The notes under the pieces were generated by a model, which was not told the DNA's origin, ran no database searches, and saw only the letters and a list, made by a program, of their open reading frames with translations. Position numbers and translations under genes: made by a program. Shown piece by piece: positions 20,196-28,069 of a stretch of 63,887 bases of DNA. Position 1 is the stretch's first letter. Each line of letters opens with the position of its first letter. Origin of the DNA: a virus (lineage: Duplodnaviria; Caudoviricetes); IMG/VR virus record IMGVR_UViG_3300032335_001357, positions 1 through 63,887 of that record; one strand, 5' to 3'.

Positions 20196-20549
20196 ATGCG
20201 AGCACAAGAATTTGTGTTGGGCGAAGGTGCTGTAGAAGATCTTGAAAAAGATCTAGACAACCCCACCAGTTACGATGCCATTGACCACATGATGCAGTCC
20301 ATTGCTCGCGACTACAACATCACTGGCAAGCAACTGCATGACTTATTTGTGGCCAAGCATGGGGTAATACCCGACAAGTGGACTCGTGAGCAACTGCGAG
20401 AATTGTATTTCTTGGGCTCGCAATGCACCAAGGACTGCTCAGGACACCGTGCTGGCTATGCCTGGAGCAACCAGCGTGGCGGGCGTGTGCCCAACTCATG
20501 GAGCACCAGTTTCAACAAAGGTGCTTGGCTGCAACGCAACGGTTACTGA
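20196..20549 (+). CDS. Two-module small protein with MRAQEF leader
   Basis: Start at MRAQEFVLGE; second module FLGSQCTKDCSGHRAGYAW follows LRE. Confidence 0.7.
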   Translation: MRAQEFVLGEGAVEDLEKDLDNPTSYDAIDHMMQSIARDYNITGKQLHDLFVAKHGVIPDKWTREQLRELYFLGSQCTKDCSGHRAGYAWSNQRGGRVPNSWSTSFNKGAWLQRNGY

Positions 20550-21280
20550 GGTCGGCTGTACACAAAGTACAAGCGACCATTGTTGTCTTGCTTGAATGTG
20601 TCCAAACGCAGGCTATGCGCCAGTTCCAGCTGCTTGACCACTTCAAACGTCCACTCAAACACATCTACATAAGGGCCAGTCGCATGCTGCAAGCCAGGAT
20701 TGGCTCGCAAGTAGAATTTACCGCCCGGTGCCAACAATGACACACAGTGAGAAAAACGACGATCAATTTCGTCTCGGCTGTTGAAATTGATTGATCCCAA
20801 GGCCATGATCACATCGTGCGACTTTGGGGGCACACGATAGTCCAGGATGTCTACTTGATAATCAGCACAGTTATTGAACGGATCAATGCCCACGATGTTT
20901 TGAATGCGTCCCTTGTAGGGGTGGTAGCCACAGCCCACGTCCAGTACTGATCGTGGGTTCAGTTTGTTGATTTCGTCAGCCAACTGCCAACCAGTGTAGT
21001 TGAAAGTGTCGGTCCGGGGCTTCCAAATTTCACCAAAAAATCTAGTGAGATAACGTCGATCCAAGTCAGCCACAATGCTTTCCACTGTGCCCACGTAGTC
21101 TGAATCCAGGGCCAGTTCAGCTGTCATGGCGTCACGGAACTTGCGATAGCGGGCCGGAGTCCAAGGCAACTCATGCACCTGGGTGTTGGTGCCAATAGCA
21201 TCACGCACTGCGGCGTAGCGAGATAAATTGAAGGCCAACTGCAAATTTTTTGTCAGCAAGCCGAAAATTTTGCGATTCAT
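20543..21280 (-). CDS. Class I SAM-dependent methyltransferase
   Basis: VLDVGCG, VGIDP, ALGSINF, LAPGG; start MNRKIF with AAGGA SD. Confidence 0.85.
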   Translation of the reverse strand: MNRKIFGLLTKNLQLAFNLSRYAAVRDAIGTNTQVHELPWTPARYRKFRDAMTAELALDSDYVGTVESIVADLDRRYLTRFFGEIWKPRTDTFNYTGWQLADEINKLNPRSVLDVGCGYHPYKGRIQNIVGIDPFNNCADYQVDILDYRVPPKSHDVIMALGSINFNSRDEIDRRFSHCVSLLAPGGKFYLRANPGLQHATGPYVDVFEWTFEVVKQLELAHSLRLDTFKQDNNGRLYFVYSRPQ

Positions 21281-21361
21281 TGAAAAATTTTCCTTTTGAG
21301 CTAAATATTCATAACTACAACATAAAAGTTGCTGTGTCAACTAATTTATGCAAGGATTAGA

Positions 21362-21988
21362 GTGAAACGTATTTTTCTAGCCGGTGCGCCAGGATCCAAA
21401 TGGAGTTCGGTGGCCAAAAACATCTACTACTCGCCATCTATAGATCGTTCAGACTATAGAGATGACTGGACCTACTATCATGACGCAAGTGGCACTCAGC
21501 AGCTCATGCATCTAGGTGCTTACTGGGATCCAGGCATGGTTTGCCCACTGCCTGAAGATCTCACAGTGCTGTCTAAATCTCAAGCGGAGCAAAGTTTTGA
21601 TTACCCATTTGACCCAGCGTCTCAAAGAGTGCGCATTATCAAAAGCCATATCTTTTCGTGTTACAAAAACATGGAATTTCTTAGACAGCACTGGCCTGGT
21701 GTTCCCATTGTGTTGGTTCATCGCAGCGATGACGCTTGCCTGGGTTGGTGGGTAAAGTGCGGACACTTTGACATCACTTATCCCAACTATCAGTACTATC
21801 ACAATCTGCGTGATATGGCTCAACACATTGCACAGCAAAACGCAGGCATTAGACAGGCCTGGACACTGTCTGGCACAGACGTTGCTGACAATCTTGAATT
21901 GTGCTCAGTGCTGGGCCTGGAGCCACCGCCTGAGCCTTATCGTCAGGTCTACCGCGACCATGACATTGCTGTGCGAGTGCTCTCATGA
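21362..21988 (+). CDS. Sulfotransferase-like P-loop protein
   Basis: IFLAGAPGSKWS, IIKSH, VLVHR pattern; GTG start after AAGGA; TAAATA at 21302-21307. Confidence 0.55.
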   Translation: MKRIFLAGAPGSKWSSVAKNIYYSPSIDRSDYRDDWTYYHDASGTQQLMHLGAYWDPGMVCPLPEDLTVLSKSQAEQSFDYPFDPASQRVRIIKSHIFSCYKNMEFLRQHWPGVPIVLVHRSDDACLGWWVKCGHFDITYPNYQYYHNLRDMAQHIAQQNAGIRQAWTLSGTDVADNLELCSVLGLEPPPEPYRQVYRDHDIAVRVLS

Positions 21989-23433
21989 TGGAATATCTGT
22001 TGTGGACCTTGATGGGCACAGTGTATGGTTTTGTCATGGGCATTGTGCCCGTGGCCGGTGCTGCCACAGCTTTGGTTACACTGTTTCCGTTCATTGATGT
22101 GTTTAGAGCTGACCCTTATACCCTGGTGTGTTTTACCACAGCCATTGTGGTGGCCAGTACCATAGGCGACAGCTTCAGCAGCATTGTGCTGAACATTCCC
22201 GGTGCATCAGGTTCGGCTGCCAGCATGGTTGATGGATTTCCCCTGGCTCAACAGGGACAGGCAGCTCGTGCATTGAGTGCAGCCATTACCACCAGCACTG
22301 TAAACGGTGCTATCTGGGGCGTGTTGGTGTTTGCATTTTTGCCTTGGTATGCTGCTGTTGTGTTGCATTTTGGCATACCCGAAATGTTGATGTTTTTGTT
22401 GCTGGCTTTTGTCAGCGTGGTATTTGTGAATTCGCACTACTGGTTCCGTGGCATCTTGGCCCTGGTGCTGGGTGTGTTTGTGGGCTTGATTGGCCAAGAC
22501 CCCATCACTGGCGCAGCTCGTTACACTGCGGGCTGGGACTATTTGGCAGCCGGTGTACAAATGGTTCCTGTTTTGGCTGGCGTGTTGGCCATGCCTGAAC
22601 TGCTGGCAGCCTGGCGCACCGGGCATGTGTTGCCTCGCACTGCTCATGGATCCTGGCAACAGATTGTGCAAGGCATGCGGGACTCATGGCAGCATCGTTG
22701 GGACGGCTTGCGCGGCGGCGCCATTGGTGCTGTGGTGGGTATCATACCTGGAATTGGCGGTGCTGTGGCCGACTGGTTGGCCTATGGTCAGACTGTGGCA
22801 GCCAATCCCCGAGAAAAAACAGTATTTGGTGAGGGCAACATCAAGGGCGTGATTGGTGCCGAGGGAGCCAACAATGCACAAAAAGCCACCAGCTATGTGC
22901 CCACTATCTTGTTTGGAGTTCCTGGAGCACCGTTTGAGGTCATAATTATTGCTCTTTTTGTCATGGTAGGGTTGGAGTTGGGCACGCCGCTGCTGCTGGC
23001 CGACACACAGTTTTTCACAGCCATTGGTGCCAGTTACGCCGTTGCTCTGGCAGTGACTTTTGTGTTGGCCATGCTGTTTGTTCGCCGGGCTCAGCAACTG
23101 ATGTCTGTGCCTGTGTCCTGGTATTTTTGGCCTGTGCTGGCTGTGCTGATCTGGAGTTCGGTCCAGTACACCGGTTACTGGGAAGATTACGCTGTGCTGG
23201 CCATGTGTTGTGTGCTGGGTGTGGTGATGAAGTGGGGTCGATTCAGTCGGGCAGCATTTATCATTGGCTTTGCGCTGAGTGATCAGTTGGAAAAAGTGTG
23301 GTATCAGTACCATACCTTGTATGGAGTCTGGGACTGGCTCAATCGTCCCCTAGCCCTGGGACTGGCAGCAACAGCTTTGGTTGTTGCGGTCTGGGGTTTG
23401 TTTTTCAATCGCAGTAAAATTTCTTACACTTAA
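21985..23433 (+). CDS. tctA: Tripartite tricarboxylate transporter, large membrane subunit TctA
   Basis: Many TM segments; NIPG, DGFPLAQQG.A.RAL, GIIPGIG, EGANNA and GVPG motifs. Confidence 0.9.
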   Translation: MMEYLLWTLMGTVYGFVMGIVPVAGAATALVTLFPFIDVFRADPYTLVCFTTAIVVASTIGDSFSSIVLNIPGASGSAASMVDGFPLAQQGQAARALSAAITTSTVNGAIWGVLVFAFLPWYAAVVLHFGIPEMLMFLLLAFVSVVFVNSHYWFRGILALVLGVFVGLIGQDPITGAARYTAGWDYLAAGVQMVPVLAGVLAMPELLAAWRTGHVLPRTAHGSWQQIVQGMRDSWQHRWDGLRGGAIGAVVGIIPGIGGAVADWLAYGQTVAANPREKTVFGEGNIKGVIGAEGANNAQKATSYVPTILFGVPGAPFEVIIIALFVMVGLELGTPLLLADTQFFTAIGASYAVALAVTFVLAMLFVRRAQQLMSVPVSWYFWPVLAVLIWSSVQYTGYWEDYAVLAMCCVLGVVMKWGRFSRAAFIIGFALSDQLEKVWYQYHTLYGVWDWLNRPLALGLAATALVVAVWGLFFNRSKISYT

Positions 23434-23444
23434 AGGAGACAGAA

Positions 23445-24521
23445 ATGAAAAAATGGTTAGTAGCCCTGGTCTTGTGCCTGGGCATGAGCACAGCAGCACA
23501 GGCACAGTATCGACTGATTGTGCCCCAGGCACCCGGCGGTGGTACAAGTGTGTGGGCTTCAGTAATGGCGCCTCACCTGTCTCGCACACTGGGCGAGCCT
23601 GTGATTGTGGAACACATACCTGGTGCCAATGATGTGCCAGGATTCAATCGATTTCACAACGAACTACAACGTGATGCCAAGACCATCATGGTGGCGCACG
23701 GCGGCAACGCTGAAAGTTTTCTCACAGACCGAGTGGACTACAACTATCGTGACTACGCTCCCATTGCCTTGGTCAATCTCAACATTGTGGTCAGTCATCG
23801 TAGGGATTTCAACCCCTACCAAGACACTGTGCGATTTGGATCAACTTCGGGTCGACGTCCGGATGTCATGGCCATTGTGATGCTGATTTGTGGCCCGCAA
23901 CCCACTTTGGATGCCTATATTGACTGCTACAAACGCCGAGTGATCTTTGTCAAGGGCATGAAACCCACAGATGCACGCCTGGCAGCTTTGCGTGGGGAAC
24001 TCAACGTCACACGTGAAACTTTTGTGAGTCACAAAAAGTTCATTGAGCCCCAAACACAAAAAGGTGTTTTCAATGACTGGTTTCATCACGGAGTACTGGA
24101 TATTACATCAGGCATCAACACCGCAGACCGCAACTTTGCCACTCTGCCCACGTTTGAGCAAGAGTATCGACGTCGCTGGGGACAGCAGCCACAAGGTGAT
24201 TTCTATGACGCCTATCGCTTGGTGCGCAGCTATCGTGACGTACTGCAAAAAAGTCTATGGGTGGGCCGCGACAATCCCAATGCCACTCGCATCCGTGCCG
24301 CAGTGCAGACCATGTTGGCTGATCCCGAAGCTCGTGAAGCCATTGAGCGTGACGGCGGCGACTATGACTGGATCATTGGCGACAACATGATGGCAGCCTA
24401 CAACACCATTGGTGCCAGAATCACCGAGCGCAGTCTGCGTACTTTGTACGAATTCACTGAACGTGGCATGGGTCTAGAAGCTGTGTGGAAGCCCGAATTG
24501 ATTGTGCGGGGACGTAAATGA
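23445..24521 (+). CDS. tctC: TTT substrate-binding protein (TctC/Bug family)
   Basis: Signal peptide; LIVPQAPGGGT, LG.PVIVEHIPGA, PTF.E; adjacent to tctA. Confidence 0.8.
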   Translation: MKKWLVALVLCLGMSTAAQAQYRLIVPQAPGGGTSVWASVMAPHLSRTLGEPVIVEHIPGANDVPGFNRFHNELQRDAKTIMVAHGGNAESFLTDRVDYNYRDYAPIALVNLNIVVSHRRDFNPYQDTVRFGSTSGRRPDVMAIVMLICGPQPTLDAYIDCYKRRVIFVKGMKPTDARLAALRGELNVTRETFVSHKKFIEPQTQKGVFNDWFHHGVLDITSGINTADRNFATLPTFEQEYRRRWGQQPQGDFYDAYRLVRSYRDVLQKSLWVGRDNPNATRIRAAVQTMLADPEAREAIERDGGDYDWIIGDNMMAAYNTIGARITERSLRTLYEFTERGMGLEAVWKPELIVRGRK

Positions 24522-25246
24522 ACCAACGTTATCAAGACTGGGGCAACAGTCGCTGGGAGTTTACTCGCAGTCGCAGCAAGTGGCACTTTGACCCTGCCCG
24601 CCCCGCTGAGCCTGGTGCAGACAGCTACACTGCGGTGTGCAGATTTCAAGGCAACTTTGCTGAGGCCATTGCACACTGCCTGCCACAGGCACGACCCGCT
24701 ACCTGGGGCAATCGCAATGCTGATCGTGTGCAGGGTCAGCTGTATAGTGCACCCCTGGAAGAGCAGGATCTTGTGCGAGCCGGTGCTGATCCACACATGG
24801 AGATCTATCATCGCGGACCAGCCGATGACAGACCTGAATTTCAGTGGATCAATCACTGGTTGGGCATGACCGACAGCATGGTTAAATTTCACAATCAAAC
24901 CACGGGGCAGATGTTGGTCACACACATTGACAATTTTGCTGCTAGAAAAGAGCGTGAGAACTCGTTCCAGGAAACTGACATGGATGCAGACCCAGGGATC
25001 ATGCGACGTTTTGCCATCATGCTGGCAGATTGGCAGCTGGGCCAGGTATTTCAGCTGGGCAACGCCACTTGGACTCAGTGGCGGGCCGGTGACTGCATAA
25101 CCTGGGAGTGGCCCAACATACCACACGCTACCTGCAACATGGGCTGGTGGGATCGACCCATGTTGCAGATCACGGGCCGTGTGACTGATCGCACCCGTGA
25201 AATTTTGGCCACAGCCAGCGGAGATAAAACAGTGATCATGCCATAA
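24518..25246 (+). CDS. 2OG-Fe(II) oxygenase-like protein
   Basis: HID...PHATCN...R.MLQITG gives an HxD..H..R arrangement. Confidence 0.65.
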   Translation: MNQRYQDWGNSRWEFTRSRSKWHFDPARPAEPGADSYTAVCRFQGNFAEAIAHCLPQARPATWGNRNADRVQGQLYSAPLEEQDLVRAGADPHMEIYHRGPADDRPEFQWINHWLGMTDSMVKFHNQTTGQMLVTHIDNFAARKERENSFQETDMDADPGIMRRFAIMLADWQLGQVFQLGNATWTQWRAGDCITWEWPNIPHATCNMGWWDRPMLQITGRVTDRTREILATASGDKTVIMP

Positions 25247-25249
25247 ATA
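25244..25249 (+). promoter_or_regulatory. Late promoter (TAAATA) of the lysis cassette
   Basis: CATAAATA, 5 nt, ATG at 25255. Confidence 0.65.
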
Positions 25250-25254
25250 ATGGC

Positions 25255-25731
25255 ATGTGGATTTTACAACTGTTACCCAACGCTGCCATACTGTGGTTTG
25301 TGAATATCCTGCTGGCCCTGGGCGTTGCTGCCACAGTGGCTGGCTGGTTCCTGCATCGAATCCCCCTGCTGTATCAATATCAACTGCCATTTCGCATTGC
25401 AGGCGTGGTGTTGCTGGTGCTGGGCGTGTATTTCCGCGGTGGCTATGCCATAGAACAAGAATGGCGTGCCAGAGTTGCTGAGCTAGAGCTACGAGTAGCT
25501 CAGGCCGAAAAGCAGTCGGCCGAACGCAATGTTGAAATTCAAGAACGAGTTGTGAACCGCACTCGCGTGATTCGCGAGCGTGGCGAAGACATCATTCGCT
25601 ACGTGGACCGTGAAGTGGTCAAAAAAGAAGAAGTCATTCGCCACATTGAACAGTGCCCAGTGCCGCGTGAAATCATAGACGCACACAATGCCGCAGCCGA
25701 AATGAATCGTGCTGCCCGGGGGTCAAAATGA
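25255..25731 (+). CDS. i-spanin (Rz-like)
   Basis: N-terminal TM segments, coiled coil, C-terminal Cys; followed by a lipoprotein and the endolysin. Confidence 0.7.
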   Translation: MWILQLLPNAAILWFVNILLALGVAATVAGWFLHRIPLLYQYQLPFRIAGVVLLVLGVYFRGGYAIEQEWRARVAELELRVAQAEKQSAERNVEIQERVVNRTRVIRERGEDIIRYVDREVVKKEEVIRHIEQCPVPREIIDAHNAAAEMNRAARGSK

Positions 25732-26000
25732 AATGGTTCTCAATCGCTGTCATGGTGCTGTTGTTGGCAGGCTGTGCTACTCCCACTCCGGTCAAACGAT
25801 CATTCCCTGAAGCTGTGCCTGAACTCATGCAGCAGTGCGAAACACTGCGCACTGTGCCAGTGACAGATCGTGTGGCCATCACTGAATTGCTAAAGACCGT
25901 GATTGAAAACTACCAGCTGTACTATGTGTGCAGCAGTCGTGTGGAGGGCTGGCAACAGTGGTATCGCACCCAGCGTGAAATATTTGAAAGTGTGAAATGA
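25728..26000 (+). CDS. o-spanin (Rz1-like) lipoprotein
   Basis: Lipobox LLAGC; P..P.ELMQQC..L pattern. Confidence 0.75.
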   Translation: MKWFSIAVMVLLLAGCATPTPVKRSFPEAVPELMQQCETLRTVPVTDRVAITELLKTVIENYQLYYVCSSRVEGWQQWYRTQREIFESVK

Positions 26001-26224
26001 TCAAAACTGTTTTAGTGATTGTGAGTTTGACTGTGTTGACTGGCTGTGCTGCCACTGTGCCCGATGCCAACGTGAGTCGTGATCAAACCATGGAAAGCAT
26101 GGCCAAAATTGCCTTGATCAACGAAATGCTGAATTCTCCCGATCCTGTGATTCGAGCTCGTGCTGCTGAAATCGCGGAACGATATGTCACCAAAGAAAAA
26201 AAGAAAAACTTATTTGGATTTTAA
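25997..26224 (+). CDS. Small lipoprotein
   Basis: Lipobox VLTGC. Confidence 0.65.
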   Translation: MIKTVLVIVSLTVLTGCAATVPDANVSRDQTMESMAKIALINEMLNSPDPVIRARAAEIAERYVTKEKKKNLFGF

Positions 26225-26233
26225 GGAGCCCCA

Positions 26234-26857
26234 ATGTCTGCATGTATCTTGAGTCTTGACCAGCTGCGTGAAATGGTCAAAAATCCCCATATTGAACACT
26301 GGTACGAAGCCTTGAACCAGTTGCTGCCCGAATACGACATCAACACACCACATCGCATTGCTCACTTTGTGGCTCAGTGTGCACACGAGTCTGGCAGTTT
26401 TAAATTCATCAAAGAAAATCTCAACTATCGTGCAGCCAGCCTGCGTGCCACATTCCCCAAGTATTTTCCCACCGACGACTTGGCTCGTCAATACGAAAAA
26501 CGTCCCGAAGCCATTGCCAACCGAGTGTATGCCAATCGCATGGGCAACGGTGACGAAGCCTCGGGCGACGGTTGGCGTTATTGCGGTCGTGGCTTGATAC
26601 AGCTCACAGGCAAAGACAACTACACATTTTTTGCTGGTAGCTTGGGCATTCCTGTGGAAGAAGCTGCTGAGTATTTGGCCACGTTTGAGGGCGCAGCACA
26701 ATCAGCTTGCTTTTACTGGGAACAGAACAAACTGAACCGTTTTGCTGACGCCAACGATGTTCGAGGCCTGACCCGTGCCATCAACGGTGGTTTTATTGGT
26801 CTTGAAGATAGAATCAAACACACCAATCATGCCTTGCATGTCATGGGCACACACTGA
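26234..26857 (+). CDS. GH19 family endolysin
   Basis: AHFVAQCAHESG, ENLNY, DGWRYCGRGLIQLTGKDNY, INGG..GL.DR. Confidence 0.93.
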   Translation: MSACILSLDQLREMVKNPHIEHWYEALNQLLPEYDINTPHRIAHFVAQCAHESGSFKFIKENLNYRAASLRATFPKYFPTDDLARQYEKRPEAIANRVYANRMGNGDEASGDGWRYCGRGLIQLTGKDNYTFFAGSLGIPVEEAAEYLATFEGAAQSACFYWEQNKLNRFADANDVRGLTRAINGGFIGLEDRIKHTNHALHVMGTH

Positions 26858-26884
26858 TTCGTTAACCACGCAGTAAAGTTTAAT

Positions 26885-26942
26885 TCCGGCCCTGTAAATA
26901 TACAGACTCGACAAAGATCGAGCAAATATTAAAGGGCCGGAG
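26885..26942 (+). promoter_or_regulatory. SD-sequestering 9-bp stem enclosing a late promoter
   Basis: TCCGGCCCT (26885-93) pairs with AGGGCCGGA (26933-41), which overlaps the GGAG SD; TAAATA at 26895-26900 lies between the arms. Confidence 0.7.
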
Positions 26943-26944
26943 CC

Positions 26945-28069
26945 ATGAAAAAATACGTCATTGCTGCAATTGCAGCCGTGGTGCTTACCAATGCAGTAGC
27001 ACAAACCACAAACACCAGTACGTCAAGTACCACAGGTGGCACTACCACCAACAACACAGCCTTGATCAACCAAGGCGGCTACACTTCAACCAGCTTGGTA
27101 GATACCAACAGTACGTCCAACAGCACCAGTACTGTGACATCTAACAGCATGACTAACAGCAACAGTAACAGTACCAGCACTGCACAGGTCAACAGCACCA
27201 GCAACAATACCAACAACAATGTCAGTACCAGTGTCAACACCAACAACAACATAAATTCTGGTACCAGTACCATAAACAACAACAATGTCAACTCTGGTAC
27301 AATGACATACAACAACAACAATGTCAACTCTGGTACAATGACATACAACAACAACAATGTCAACTCCAGTACAGCTACCACGGTCAATACCAACAACAAT
27401 GTGAACTCTGGTACAATGACATATAACAACAACAATGTCAGTACGGCTACCAATAACAACAATAACGTCAGTACCAGTACAGCCACCAACAACAACGTCA
27501 ACACTGGTGACATGACCAACCGCAATATCAACACATCCGCTAGCACCAGCAACAACGTCAACAATAACGTCAACACCAGCACAGCAGTTAATCAAAACGT
27601 GCAGACTGGCGACATGACCAACCGCAACATAAACACCAGTGAAATCACTCAGCGTATCATTCAACCACCTCCCACAGCAGTGGCACCAGCCATGATCAGT
27701 GGTGGCAATGCCGACCTTTGCTCAACTGGCAGTTCAGGATCAGTACAAACACAGGTATTTGGCGTGAGCTCAGGTGGAACAGTGCGTGACATGAATTGCG
27801 AACGTTTGAAGTTATCTAAAACTTTGTACGACATGGGCATGAAGGTGGCCGCAGTTGCTACTATGTGTCAAGACCGTAGAGTGTTTGATGCCATGATGGC
27901 AGCAGGTACACCCTGCCCTTATGAAGGACAAATTGGACTCCAGGCCAAGGCGTCATGGGAAGCCAATCCCCACAAGATCCCAAAGCATATTGAGGAAAAA
28001 ACAGATGACACATACAAGAAAGTGGGCATTGGCGCTCTGCTTGGCCTGTTGGTTCACAAGCTATTCTAA
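26945..28069 (+). CDS. Secreted Asn/Thr-rich repeat protein with Cys-containing C-terminal domain and TM tail
   Basis: Signal peptide; NNNNVNSGTMTY repeats; DMNCERLKLSKTLYDMGMKVAAVATMC. Confidence 0.8.
   Translation: MKKYVIAAIAAVVLTNAVAQTTNTSTSSTTGGTTTNNTALINQGGYTSTSLVDTNSTSNSTSTVTSNSMTNSNSNSTSTAQVNSTSNNTNNNVSTSVNTNNNINSGTSTINNNNVNSGTMTYNNNNVNSGTMTYNNNNVNSSTATTVNTNNNVNSGTMTYNNNNVSTATNNNNNVSTSTATNNNVNTGDMTNRNINTSASTSNNVNNNVNTSTAVNQNVQTGDMTNRNINTSEITQRIIQPPPTAVAPAMISGGNADLCSTGSSGSVQTQVFGVSSGGTVRDMNCERLKLSKTLYDMGMKVAAVATMCQDRRVFDAMMAAGTPCPYEGQIGLQAKASWEANPHKIPKHIEEKTDDTYKKVGIGALLGLLVHKLF
27275..27440 (+). repeat. 36-nt coding tandem repeats (NNNNVNSGTMTY)
   Basis: aacaacaacaatgtcaactctggtacaatgacatac repeated in frame. 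Confidence 0.85.

Noticed and set aside
24398-25390. 330-aa minus-strand ORF
   Set aside because: Antisense to three well-supported plus-strand genes; no recognisable motifs.
27275-27440. 36-nt repeats as a CRISPR array
   Set aside because: Tandem, in frame and without unique spacers; no cas genes.
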